From: Planctomycetota bacterium
Lineage (GTDB): Bacteria > Planctomycetota > GCA-002687715 > CAIWVZ01
Reading direction: 5' to 3'
Length of the DNA: 64,000 bases
NCBI GenBank assembly: GCA_044222185.1
Contig: JBGANV010000006.1
Coordinates: 288,001 to 352,000, forward strand
In this document: positions 8,229 to 17,781 of the stretch, one piece after another
Layout: every line of letters starts with the position of its first letter
How positions within the stretch are numbered: the stretch's first letter is position 1
Notes under the pieces: model-generated
Database searches by the model: none
The model's input: the letters and a program-made list of their open reading frames with translations, nothing else
Told to the model about the DNA's origin: nothing
Made by a program: the position numbers and the translations under genes

Positions 8229-10403
8229 TCAGGAGTTGTGCGCCTTGTCGAGGTCGATGACGGCGTCGGTCCACGCCTCGTAGGCGCGATCGCACGTGAC
8301 CATCACCACCTGGTGTTCCGGAAGCGCCTTGAGCACGTCGCGCGTCACGCGAACGCGGTCGGCATCGAAGTTGACGAACGGGTCGTCGAGGAAGATGGGG
8401 AGGCGCACCTTGCTGCTCAGGTGGCGCACGACCGTCATTCTCATCGCGAAGTACAACTGATCATGGGCGCCCTGCGAGAGATCTTCCGGCCGAATCCCCA
8501 CGCGATCTCCGCTGGCGACGAGCGGCTCGAGTGACGGCCCGAGCTGGACGCGCGTGTACCGATCGCCCGTGATCCGGGCGAAGATCTGGGACATCTCCTC
8601 GGAAAGCCTGAAGACGTCATTCTCCTGAAAATCCTTGATGCAGGCATCGAGGGTGTCGATGGCCTCCTTCAGGGCGTCTTTTTCGACTTCGAGATCCTTG
8701 ATCCGGGTCTGCTTCTGGGCGATCGCGTCCGACAGTCCGGCCAGGTCGAAGTCGAGCCGCGCCGACAGGCTCGCGTGTTCGACGCGCGCCTTCTCGAGCC
8801 GCTCGCGCTCCGCATCGCGCTCCTTTTCCCGCGCGGCCAGGTCGGAACGGACACGAGCAACCTCGCGACCGAGTTTCACGGGGTCCGACTGGCCGGCCAG
8901 CCAGGTCTCCGTCGCCACGACTTCGCCGATGGCGGCCTCGATCCTCCCGTGATCGCGTTGGACGTCCTGCCACTGCGTGTTCACGACGTCGCTGTCGCCG
9001 ATGGTGCGGAGCGCGGCGAGGTGTCGACGGCGCTCATCGAGGAGCGCGGAGTAGTCGCGATACTGGGCGAGGACGGCTTCCGCATCCGCCCCGACGAGCA
9101 ACTGCCCCGTCTCCTTCGCCACGTCGTCCAAACGCTTCTCGCGAGTGCGAACCGAGTTCTCCAACTCGCCGACACGCCGGCCGAGCTCCTCGCGCTGAGC
9201 CTTGTAGCCCGTGCCGAGGTTGCGCCCGACCATCATGCCGATGGCGCCCATGAGGACGGCGCTGATGATCCCGGGCACGGGGCCCAACGGTGTGACGAAC
9301 CCCGCGATCAACGGGACGGCGAACAGGATCGCGCCGAGGACCGCGCCGAGTTTCTTGTTGGGAGAGGGCTGCAGCGACTCGAGGCGGCTCCGCTCGGCAG
9401 CCAGGGCCTCCGTCTCGCGGGATTTCTCCGTCGACTCGGAGACCCACGTCCCGACGAGATCGGGGAAGTTGGGCGAGACGTTGCGAAACTGCACGAACTC
9501 GCGGCGAGCGCGATCCTCGAGCGCTTTCACCTTTTCATGCGTCTGGAGGAACGTGTCGCGGCGGCGGCGGGTTTCATCGAGCCGGCGTTCGACATCCTGC
9601 CGGCGATTGAGAAGTTCGCAGTAGCGCTCCAGCGTCGTCGCCGTCGATTGCAGGGCCGAAATGGCGACACCGTGGGCCGTCCGGCGGGTCTCCAGCGTCA
9701 CGATCTCGGCTTCGAGTTCAGCGCAGCGGTCGAGCTGGCCGCGTCCCCGCTCCAGTTCCTTCTGCGCAGTCGCGAACTCCTCGCGAGCCTGGTCGAGAGC
9801 CCGCTTCTTGCCCTTGCCCTTGGTCTTCCACGGGTTCTCGTGGGTGAGCTCGGCGTAACGGCTGTGAAGTTCGTGGAGCGCGCCCTTGTAGTCGACGGTG
9901 CCGGAGCCTGAGACGAGGCGGCGGATCTGATCCGACACCTCGGTCTTCAGACTCATCTGGCCCACGAAGACCGTGTTCCGGAACAGGGACTCGTCTTCGA
10001 TGCCGACCAGGCGCCCGATGGTCTCGTAATAGTTGCGGTCACTCGCGCCCGCTCCGCGCGGATCGGCGGAACCGTCGAAGAGCGCGACCTCCTCGCCGTC
10101 TGTGACCTGCGTGATCTTGGCGGTCCCCGCGTGGAAGTCGCGCCAGATGATGACGCGGCGCCCGTCGTCGAGAACGAATTCGACCTCGCCGGAATAGGAG
10201 TCGTGTTCGGACCACGGCTCGTACTTGCGCACGAGATTGAGGTCGCGGAATCCGAAGAGGACGCCGGAGATCGCGTTCAGCAGCGTGGATTTGCCCGCTT
10301 CGTTGCGGCCAACCACCAGGTTGAGGCGATCGGGCGCGAACGTGACGTTGAGGCCGTGGTTGAACTGGCCGAACCCGAACAGGCGGACGCGGAGCAGCTT
10401 CAT
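8229..10403 (-). CDS. SMC/Rad50-like ATPase (YhaN/SbcE-like) with central membrane hairpin
   Basis: GRNEAGKST Walker A, long coiled coils, two central TMs, LSQG signature, FLDDPFVNFD Walker B/D-loop. Confidence 0.9.
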   Translation of the reverse strand: MKLLRVRLFGFGQFNHGLNVTFAPDRLNLVVGRNEAGKSTLLNAISGVLFGFRDLNLVRKYEPWSEHDSYSGEVEFVLDDGRRVIIWRDFHAGTAKITQVTDGEEVALFDGSADPRGAGASDRNYYETIGRLVGIEDESLFRNTVFVGQMSLKTEVSDQIRRLVSGSGTVDYKGALHELHSRYAELTHENPWKTKGKGKKRALDQAREEFATAQKELERGRGQLDRCAELEAEIVTLETRRTAHGVAISALQSTATTLERYCELLNRRQDVERRLDETRRRRDTFLQTHEKVKALEDRARREFVQFRNVSPNFPDLVGTWVSESTEKSRETEALAAERSRLESLQPSPNKKLGAVLGAILFAVPLIAGFVTPLGPVPGIISAVLMGAIGMMVGRNLGTGYKAQREELGRRVGELENSVRTREKRLDDVAKETGQLLVGADAEAVLAQYRDYSALLDERRRHLAALRTIGDSDVVNTQWQDVQRDHGRIEAAIGEVVATETWLAGQSDPVKLGREVARVRSDLAAREKERDAERERLEKARVEHASLSARLDFDLAGLSDAIAQKQTRIKDLEVEKDALKEAIDTLDACIKDFQENDVFRLSEEMSQIFARITGDRYTRVQLGPSLEPLVASGDRVGIRPEDLSQGAHDQLYFAMRMTVVRHLSSKVRLPIFLDDPFVNFDADRVRVTRDVLKALPEHQVVMVTCDRAYEAWTDAVIDLDKAHNS

Positions 10404-10405
10404 GA

Positions 10406-11731
10406 TCAGGCCTCCTGTTCGCGGGGGGTCTTCAAGATGATCGAGACGTCGCCACGAGCCGGCTTCAGCGGCAGGTTCCCGTTGCTGCCGATGTGCACGG
10501 ACGGATCCTGCCGGACGGCCGCGGGCTTCGCCGTTGCGGGTTGGATTTCCACGGAGGGCGTGTCCTCCTCGAGGAACTGTTCCAGGCCAACCGTCAACGC
10601 GCGTTCGAGCACGGCGAGTTGGCGACGCGCCGTCGCATCCTGCGGATCGGCCTCCAGGCGCGCGTGCAGTGCGTCGAGTTTCGTACGCATGCGTCGCACG
10701 AAGAAGCCGCGAATGGTGTTCTCGCTTCCCAGGCGGCGAAGCAGGGCGCTGTTGTCGAAGGAGGATTGATCCTCCACGGTCACATACCCGAAGCGCGAAT
10801 CGATCCCCGCCAGCACGGCATCGCGATCGAAGAGGAACTCGCGCGTGCCCTGAAGCGTGAAGCGTGCGATCAGCGAGGCCTCGGCCCGCGCGAGCAGCGC
10901 CGCGCGGAGCGCGTCCACGTCGCGGATGTGCTCGGCATCGAGGTCGATGCGCGCGTCGAGGATCGTGCGGCGGTTGAGTGGAATGCACTCGACCATGGTG
11001 CCGCCGGTGTCCAGCGTGACGACCACGAGGGACTTGCGCCCGACGTCTCCGGCCGCGAAGCCCTGGCCTTCGAGCGCGCCGCAGTAGGCCGCGACGCCGT
11101 TCTCGAGCCGATACTCGGTGAATTCATGCGCGTGCCCGAGCGCCGTGTAATCCATGCGGCTCCGCTCGAGAGCTTCGACGGGAATGATCCACGGCGAGCT
11201 GCGCGTGCGCGCCTCCGGGTGGTCGGGAACCGCACCGTGCAGGATGCCGACGTGGAATCCGTCCGCTTCGACGCGTTCGAACCCGGCGAAGCGATCGCCC
11301 GTTCGACCGGGGACGTGCGCAACCCCGTAGAACCAGACGCGCTCGCCGTGGATGTCGCGCTCGAACGGGACACCGGGCTCGGACGCCGTGATGACGTCGA
11401 CGCCTGGGAACCGCTCGGTGCGATACACCGAGTCGTGGTAACCCAACGCATCATGGAAGCCGGGCAGGACGACGACCGTCTTGCCGTTCGCGACGAGGCG
11501 CGCGAGGAGTCCGCGAGTGAAGGCCAGTGACTCGCCGTCGGGGCGGCGCGAGTCGAACAGATCACCCGCGACGACGACCGCGTCGATGGCGTTCTTTCCA
11601 TCGATCGCGAACTCGATGGCGTCGCGGAACGTGGCGTGGGCTTCATCGCGACGCGCCGCGGCACGGTCGCCGAGGTAGGCGTGCGACGAACCGAGATGAC
11701 AATCGGAAAGGTGAAGCAGACGCACGGGCAT
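10406..11731 (-). CDS. Mre11/SbcD-like metallophosphoesterase nuclease (YhaO-like)
   Basis: LSDCHLG, AGDLFD, PGFHD, LHG, LGHAH motifs; 2 bp upstream of the ATPase gene. Confidence 0.9.
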   Translation of the reverse strand: MPVRLLHLSDCHLGSSHAYLGDRAAARRDEAHATFRDAIEFAIDGKNAIDAVVVAGDLFDSRRPDGESLAFTRGLLARLVANGKTVVVLPGFHDALGYHDSVYRTERFPGVDVITASEPGVPFERDIHGERVWFYGVAHVPGRTGDRFAGFERVEADGFHVGILHGAVPDHPEARTRSSPWIIPVEALERSRMDYTALGHAHEFTEYRLENGVAAYCGALEGQGFAAGDVGRKSLVVVTLDTGGTMVECIPLNRRTILDARIDLDAEHIRDVDALRAALLARAEASLIARFTLQGTREFLFDRDAVLAGIDSRFGYVTVEDQSSFDNSALLRRLGSENTIRGFFVRRMRTKLDALHARLEADPQDATARRQLAVLERALTVGLEQFLEEDTPSVEIQPATAKPAAVRQDPSVHIGSNGNLPLKPARGDVSIILKTPREQEA

Positions 11732-11960
11732 GGGAGGTGAACTCCGAAACGGAAGTTGGGCCGCGCGTGCCGGTCAGGCCGATGTGCCGAGAGGATTCCG
11801 GGGCGCGCAGGCCGGAAAACACGGGGAAGCTTAGGGGGCGCGCCGGTGGGCGTCAATGGCGAAGATGTTGACGGACCACAGCCGGTCGCGTGTCGACCGG
11901 TCGACAGCGGCGATCTGTTGAGGTCTGTTTTTGCGTGGAGAGGTCGGCGATCGTTCCCGG

Positions 11961-13361
11961 TCAGAGGCTCGTGATGACCTGGTTGATGCGGAGCGTGTTG
12001 AAGTCGCGCTTGCGGATCGCCGCCTGCTCGTCACGGCCGATCAACAGCACGTCCGCGGTCGCGTGCTCCTGAGCGCGGCGCGGCCCGAGGGCCACGACGG
12101 CTTGCAAGTGATCTGCAAGGAGCCTGAGGACGCGATCGCTCTTGTCGTCCTGGGTCAGCGCTTGGATCAACGCCAGCGTGCCGCCCATGGAGAGGCTGGA
12201 TATGGACCCGATGACCAGCCGCCCGGTTGCCGAGACCTCCAGGAGGATCCGGAGTCCATCGCTGCCCGCGAACGGGTCCACCGCGACCACGTCCGCGCCC
12301 TGCTGGAGGGACGAGCGGATGGATGCACCCAGGTCGGCGGCACCAGCCGTGATGGGCCGGCGCATGACGAATCCGCGGGTGTTCTCGAAGGTGTGAAGCC
12401 GCTCGTCGGAGTGAAGCGCCACGCACTTGTCCCGCATGGTCGCGTGATGTTCCGCGAGCGCGGCGACGAGGCTCGATTTGCCCGATCCGAGCGGACCCGC
12501 GACCAGGATGAGGCCCTCCGTGAGCTGGGCCAGCGACGCCTGTGCGTTCCCCATCCCGAAAGAGTCGAGCTTGGGGAGGTCCGTGCGAGCGGGAGTCATG
12601 ATCACCGTCGGGCTGCCGTCCTCGTCGATGATCGCGACGGAGAACGCACCCACGTCCGGCGCGTTGTAGACCGCGGTGACTTCCTTGCGCTCACGCAGCG
12701 CGAGCGTCTCTGCCTCCGAGAGAAGCGCCATGATGAACCCGTCGACTTCGTTGCGCTCGACGACGGCGTCCTTGAGCGTGACGAATCCGTCGGCCGTCTT
12801 GATTCGTGGCTGTCGCCCGTGTCGCACGAATACGGCGGAGCCCTTGAGCTCGAACAACGTCACCAGGATCTGGTCGAACGCGTGACGCGTGTACCGATCA
12901 CGCGCGGGCTCGGCCTTGCCGGCGACGGCGGTGAAGATCGAGCTGAGCTTTCGGCGGAGCGTGAGGTCCAGGCGCTCTTCGACGCCGGCCGTGATCTCCG
13001 TCTGCGTCGCGGCGTCGTCCTGGTCCGGCTTCTCCTGGCCCACCTCGTCCAGGTTGCGGGCGACTTCGAGCAGGAGGTAGTCCGTCGGCGCCGTGATGTT
13101 CTTCTCTTCGATGCGTCGATCGAAGTCGATGACGAACGACCCGCGTCGCCAGGTGAAGATGTTGAAGACGGCTTTCTCGCCCGCGTTCATCCGGCCGTCG
13201 AGGGCGTGCACGATCTGACCGCCGGCGAAGTACAGGTATCCCGTGTCGGGGCCGTTCTCGACGGTGACGTGCGCTGTCTTGCGCCCCGACATCAGCGACT
13301 GCGTGATGTCGAAGATGCTGAACGCACGAAGATCGCCTTCGACCTTGTTGCCGGCTTTCAT
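11961..13361 (-). CDS. DUF4388/PatA-N-like domain fused to degenerate PilT-like ATPase
   Basis: N-terminal GDL..FSIFDITQSL..GRKT..GYLYFAGGQIVHA..W..GSF; C-terminal GPLGSGKSS with degenerate Asp box, Walker B and His box. Confidence 0.8.
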   Translation of the reverse strand: MKAGNKVEGDLRAFSIFDITQSLMSGRKTAHVTVENGPDTGYLYFAGGQIVHALDGRMNAGEKAVFNIFTWRRGSFVIDFDRRIEEKNITAPTDYLLLEVARNLDEVGQEKPDQDDAATQTEITAGVEERLDLTLRRKLSSIFTAVAGKAEPARDRYTRHAFDQILVTLFELKGSAVFVRHGRQPRIKTADGFVTLKDAVVERNEVDGFIMALLSEAETLALRERKEVTAVYNAPDVGAFSVAIIDEDGSPTVIMTPARTDLPKLDSFGMGNAQASLAQLTEGLILVAGPLGSGKSSLVAALAEHHATMRDKCVALHSDERLHTFENTRGFVMRRPITAGAADLGASIRSSLQQGADVVAVDPFAGSDGLRILLEVSATGRLVIGSISSLSMGGTLALIQALTQDDKSDRVLRLLADHLQAVVALGPRRAQEHATADVLLIGRDEQAAIRKRDFNTLRINQVITSL

Positions 13362-13385
13362 GGCGTGGGTGCGATGACGCGCACG

Positions 13386-14456
13386 TCAGACGCGCGCCAT
13401 TTCTGGTGAGTTGCGGTTTCCGTGCGGGGTGACGGTGAAGTGCGGTCCCGCTTCCTGCATGTCGACGACGCCCTGCGACGTGAGATCGGCGAGGTACTGA
13501 TCGAGGCTGATCATGCCGTCCTTGCGGCCGATCTGGATCGCGGAGGCGATCTGGAACGTTTTGCCTTCGCGGATCATGTTCGAGATGGCCGGCGTGACTC
13601 GCAGGATCTCGAAGGCCGCGGCGCGACCCTTGCCCGTCTTGCGTCGCAGGAGTCGCTGGGCGATGACGCCGCGAAGACTCTCGGACAGCATGACGCGGAT
13701 CTGTTGCTGCTGATCGGCTGGGAAGACGTCGATCACGCGATCGACGGTGCTCGCAGCGGTGTTCGTGTGGAGCGTGCCGAAGACGAGGTGTCCCGTCTCG
13801 GCGGCGGTGATCGCGAGGCGGATCGTCTCCAGATCCCGCATTTCGCCCACGAGGATGATGTCCGGATCCTCGCGGAGGGCCGACTTCAACGCGTTCTGGA
13901 ACGACAGCGTCGTCCCGCCGACTTCGCGCTGATTCACCAGCGAGAGCTTGTTCTTGTGCACGAACTCGATGGGGTCCTCGATCGTGAGGATGTGCAGTTT
14001 CTGCGTCGAGTTGATGTGATCGATCATCGCCGCGAGCGTGGTCGATTTGCCCGATCCCGTCGCGCCCGTCACGACGACGAGGCCGCGGGGGAGATCGCAG
14101 AACTTCATGATCTGCGGGGGAAGACCCAGCTGGTCGGCCGTGAGGATCTCGGCGGGGATCAGACGGAACACGGCTGCGATGCCGTTGCGCTGCTCGAAGA
14201 TGTTGCAGCGCAGGCGCGTCACGCCGGGGATCTCGTGGGCGAAGTCGATCTCCTTGTTCTTCTCGAAGAAGGCGACCTGCGCCGGTGACATCAGCTCGTA
14301 GAGGAGCTTGCGGTTGATCTCGGGGGTGAGCTCGGCCTGCTCGACAGGATGCATCTCATTCGAGATGCGGAGCATTGGCGGAGCGCCCGACGCCATGTGA
14401 AGGTCGCTGGCGCCCTGCTGCTTGATGATCTTGAAGATCTCGTCGATGGACGCCAT
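13386..14456 (-). CDS. pilT: Type IV pilus retraction ATPase PilT
   Basis: GASDLH, GATGSGKSTT, TIEDPIE, ALREDPDIILVGEMRD, AETGHLVFGTLHT, MIREGK. Confidence 0.95.
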   Translation of the reverse strand: MASIDEIFKIIKQQGASDLHMASGAPPMLRISNEMHPVEQAELTPEINRKLLYELMSPAQVAFFEKNKEIDFAHEIPGVTRLRCNIFEQRNGIAAVFRLIPAEILTADQLGLPPQIMKFCDLPRGLVVVTGATGSGKSTTLAAMIDHINSTQKLHILTIEDPIEFVHKNKLSLVNQREVGGTTLSFQNALKSALREDPDIILVGEMRDLETIRLAITAAETGHLVFGTLHTNTAASTVDRVIDVFPADQQQQIRVMLSESLRGVIAQRLLRRKTGKGRAAAFEILRVTPAISNMIREGKTFQIASAIQIGRKDGMISLDQYLADLTSQGVVDMQEAGPHFTVTPHGNRNSPEMARV

Positions 14457-14595
14457 GCCGGTGGCACCTCCACGTGTCAGATCGATGGCTCGGCGATGCG
14501 CCGGCTCGCGGGACCCGATTTCCGACCTCAACTATCGAGATTCCGGGGCGCGGTCCTTGAGCGGGTCGCCGCGTACGGCCGACCAACGGAGGGCG

Positions 14596-14604
14596 TGGTA
14601 TGAT
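14596..14604 (+). promoter_or_regulatory. Putative extended -10 promoter (TGgTATGAT) for the PilZ gene
   Basis: TG-n-TATGAT 26 bp upstream of GTG 14631, with AGGAG RBS in between. Confidence 0.45.
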
Positions 14605-14630
14605 CCGCGCGTCCACCAGGAGCCTTTGCA

Positions 14631-15014
14631 GTGCCCGAGCAGAAGATCCCCGTCGAGATCATCGAGAAGCGCCGCTTCCTGCGGCTGAACGACTACTTCC
14701 GGGTGACCTTCCGCTCCCTCGATCGACAGGTTTCGGTCACCGGACCGGCCCCCGAGGGCGTGGGCTGGTCGAAGAACCTCTCCCTCGGCGGAATCTGCTT
14801 CGTCGCTGACGGCCCGGCCCACCCGGGCGAGCAACTCCTCGCGCACGTCGAGATCCCCGAGATCGAGGGCGGCCTGCCCGTGATCGGCGAGGTGATCCGC
14901 TGCATCGAGATCAAGCCCGGTCGGTTCGAGCTGGCGATCCGCTTCCTCCCGACCGGCACGGACGAACGCTCCCGCGATCAGCTCGAGCTGTTCATCTACA
15001 AGCACTTCCTCTGA
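14631..15014 (+). CDS. PilZ-domain protein (putative c-di-GMP receptor)
   Basis: EKRRFLR (RxxxR) and NLSLGG (D/NxSxxG) motifs; divergent from pilT. Confidence 0.88.
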   Translation: MPEQKIPVEIIEKRRFLRLNDYFRVTFRSLDRQVSVTGPAPEGVGWSKNLSLGGICFVADGPAHPGEQLLAHVEIPEIEGGLPVIGEVIRCIEIKPGRFELAIRFLPTGTDERSRDQLELFIYKHFL

Positions 15015-15138
15015 GCTGCTCGATTTCGCGGAGCGCCAGGCTCCGCCTGGCCGGACGGCAGGGCTCCGCCCTGCCATCGCGTCCGACTCCCGCCCGGTCG
15101 ACCGCCGCAATCCCACCCCGCTGACCTCCGCGCTCGAG

Positions 15139-15573
15139 GTGCTCTGGCGCCACCTCCTCGGCGGCGTCGCGATGCCGCCCGACGAGCTCGACGATTGGAT
15201 CCGTGCGTGCGAAGCCGCGATCCCGGTAGACGACGGTGGCCTGGAGATCGACGGCTCGGACGCGGGCGCAGCCGTGACGTACGCGTGTCGATGCCTGAGG
15301 TCCGGCGAAAGTCAGGATGCCGCATGGGCGGCGCGCCGCGCCTACGAGGCCCTGGACACCTACCTTCTCGCCCAACACGGGCATCGGGCCGGAACGGCGA
15401 TCGACGAAGTCCAGCTCCTCCGCCATCCGCTCATTCAGGCCGAGCTCACGCGTCAGCGACGTGACGTCGATGAGCTCGCCGCGGCGTCCGCTCACGATCG
15501 GCTGCAAGTGATCCGACGCCTGCGCGACCGCGCGCACGATGAGGCGCGTGCGTTCTTCGACGGGAGGCCGTAG
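15139..15573 (+). CDS. DUF416/YjaG-like protein, probably 5'-truncated
   Basis: ALEVLWRHL...AARRAYEALD...HPLIQAELTRQRRD pattern; no canonical start for a full-length N-terminus. Confidence 0.55.
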   Translation: MLWRHLLGGVAMPPDELDDWIRACEAAIPVDDGGLEIDGSDAGAAVTYACRCLRSGESQDAAWAARRAYEALDTYLLAQHGHRAGTAIDEVQLLRHPLIQAELTRQRRDVDELAAASAHDRLQVIRRLRDRAHDEARAFFDGRP

Positions 15574-15637
15574 CCGGTGTCGTCTCCGCGTGAGTGGCGC
15601 TCGCGTCCAACCGGTGTTTCGGTGAGGTTCGCTCCGT

Positions 15638-16030
15638 TCACGCGTCCGTGAACGCGATGAAGCCGCCGTCGAACGCCTGGATCCGAGTGACGCCGTAGGG
15701 CGCCAGAGCGCGCTCGACTGCATCGGTTTGCGTGGCGCCGTAAACCTCCAGGATCGACCATGGGGGATCGCGAGAGAACTCGCCGTGATGGAGATCGAGG
15801 GTTCCGAGGATGTTCACGACCGCGGCGTCGGCGTCACCGTTCCATCGGAAAGTCGTGATCTCCGGCGGGGTCGCACCTCTGGGGTGGCCTGTGAGGATGG
15901 CATGGACCGCGCGCAGGTTCTCCGCAGAATCGCAAACCCAAACGGGGAGACGCGCCGCGAGGTCGACGAGGCGAACGCCAAACGCGGGGTCCACGACGAG
16001 CGCGACTCCGTAGCGGCCCGAAGGGATCAC
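15638..16030 (-). CDS. Hypothetical protein coupled to SMI1/KNR4 gene
   Basis: GTGA overlap with upstream stop; globular alpha/beta composition. Confidence 0.7.
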   Translation of the reverse strand: MIPSGRYGVALVVDPAFGVRLVDLAARLPVWVCDSAENLRAVHAILTGHPRGATPPEITTFRWNGDADAAVVNILGTLDLHHGEFSRDPPWSILEVYGATQTDAVERALAPYGVTRIQAFDGGFIAFTDA

Positions 16031-16659
16031 GTTCGGCGGCTCATTTTGGGAACCGTCGGCTTGGGGAGATCTCGATCACCGTCGAGGTCGAGCTCGTCCT
16101 GCGGCCGCAGGCCGTCGACGAACTCGGTGAACGAGTTCGCGATGAGTTGGACGTTCCCGGCCGTCTCGATCGATCCGTCCCACGCCGACTCGCGCCACCA
16201 GGCCGGCTCGTCCTCGGTCGATTCCTCCGCCTCGTCCTCCGTCGACACCTCTACCTCGCACGCGTCGGGTTCGCACTCGTGGTCCCAGAAGTAGAGCCTC
16301 CCGCGGTGGACGCCGTCGAGGCCGAGACAGAGGAGATTGCCGAAGCAGTCATCCGCGATCGCCAACAGCCCGCGCGGGATCCGCGGGCCGTACGCACGAC
16401 GAGTCGACTGAAGATCGAAGCGCGATTCGGTGCGAACCCCGTAGACGTGGTTGATACCCACATCGGCTGCCACGCCGTCGGGCGTGGGGCCGATGAACCA
16501 GAGCACGCCGCCGAGATGACCACCGTTGCATGCGACGAGGAACCGCCGGTAGTCGTCCGGGAGCGCCGCCCCGAGTTTCAGCTCGAGCGCGCGAATCGCC
16601 TTCTCGGATGCCGGTGGTGACTTCTTGTGGATTCGGTCGAGAAACTCCTCGAGTGTCAT
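16027..16659 (-). CDS. SMI1/KNR4 (SUKH) family protein
   Basis: IRALELKLGAALPDDYRRFLVACNGG...IADDCFGNLLC...LYFWDHE...IANSFTEFV. Confidence 0.9.
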   Translation of the reverse strand: MTLEEFLDRIHKKSPPASEKAIRALELKLGAALPDDYRRFLVACNGGHLGGVLWFIGPTPDGVAADVGINHVYGVRTESRFDLQSTRRAYGPRIPRGLLAIADDCFGNLLCLGLDGVHRGRLYFWDHECEPDACEVEVSTEDEAEESTEDEPAWWRESAWDGSIETAGNVQLIANSFTEFVDGLRPQDELDLDGDRDLPKPTVPKMSRRT

Positions 16660-17027
16660 GCCGTCACGTCCCCGCGGCGGGATCCTACACGCTCAATTCC
16701 CGCAGCGCCTGCCGGGATCGCGCGTCCGTTGCGCGGTCGTCCGAATCGGAGCCTCCAACGGAGGTTCCGTCGCAGGTCGGCACGAGGTCGAGGAACCGTG
16801 CGATTGCGACGCTTGGTAGCCACCTCGGTGAGGCATGAGACTTGTTGCCTTTCTCCCGTCGAGCGTGGCGCGCCCGCGCGATCCCGTCCGAGTTTGGTCA
16901 TCGGATGTGGCGCAGCGTTTTCGGGGACCCACGATCATCGGAGAGCGGATAGGCTCTCGCAGGCGAAATCCAGTGCGGGTCCGGCGCGTGGGCCGGTCGC
17001 CGGCGGCTCGTCGGCGGGGAGGTTGGA

Positions 17028-17327
17028 ATGCTCAAACTCGTCTTGTGGTGCACGACCGTGATCGCGCTGATCCCGACGGTCTGGCTGATCGCCGCCAGCG
17101 CGATGGTCCTTTCATTCGCGAACGACGGCGCACCGCCGATTGCCGCGCGCGGCGCCAAGCCCGGCCTCGATGCGCAGATTCACGACTCGTACGTGGGCGT
17201 CGGTGGCCTCACGACGGCCATCCACCCACGAGCCTGGGCCCTCGTCGCCATGAGCGTCGGCGTCCTGCTCATCGTCGGCGGGATGTTCACGTTGCTTCAC
17301 GTGCCGGCTCGGGGTGATGCTCGGTGA
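17028..17327 (+). CDS. Small two-TM membrane protein
   Basis: GGAGG RBS, two hydrophobic helices. Confidence 0.6.
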   Translation: MLKLVLWCTTVIALIPTVWLIAASAMVLSFANDGAPPIAARGAKPGLDAQIHDSYVGVGGLTTAIHPRAWALVAMSVGVLLIVGGMFTLLHVPARGDAR

Positions 17328-17781
17328 TCGTGCGCGTGTTCACGGAGCGTTGGGCGATCGACGGGCTGCCGGTCGCCGTGGCGCTTGGGAAGCGGGCCTG
17401 AACTCGACGTCGAGGCCCGCGTCGTCGCAGCGGACGACGCCTCGGGTCCGGCTGAATCGATCCTCCTGACCGACGACCTTCTCGGCACGCTCAGACCGCG
17501 GTGTCCCGCACGTTCGGAACGAACCGACGGTTGTTTCCAGCCTCTCGGGCTCGACCGGTCCGGCCGTCACGGTCGGTGGGTGAATCCGCGGAGCGACCTC
17601 GGATCGCAACCTCCTGAAGCCAGAGGGGGAGCGCGCGTCCCAGTGCTGGGGCGCGGTCGATCGGCGTGTGCGGTATGGCGCACGGACGATCCGCCGACCT
17701 TCGCATGGCGCGAACGATGCCGCGCCCGTAGGCTCTCCACTGCGGAAATCCCATTCCGCATTCACGCTGAGGAGAGTCCAC

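Noticed and set aside
10404-10988. N-terminal extension of the SMC-like ORF in the track
   Set aside because: Overlaps the nuclease out of frame; the family N-terminus MKLLRVRL with GGAGG RBS begins at 10403
8229-11731. Wadjet/Lamassu-type SMC defence system
   Set aside because: No kleisin, kite or effector genes; layout fits a YhaO/YhaN-type pair
17328-17781. Possible ncRNA or riboswitch in the GC-rich leader
   Set aside because: Short hairpins only; no recognisable consensus, and such pairing is expected at this GC content
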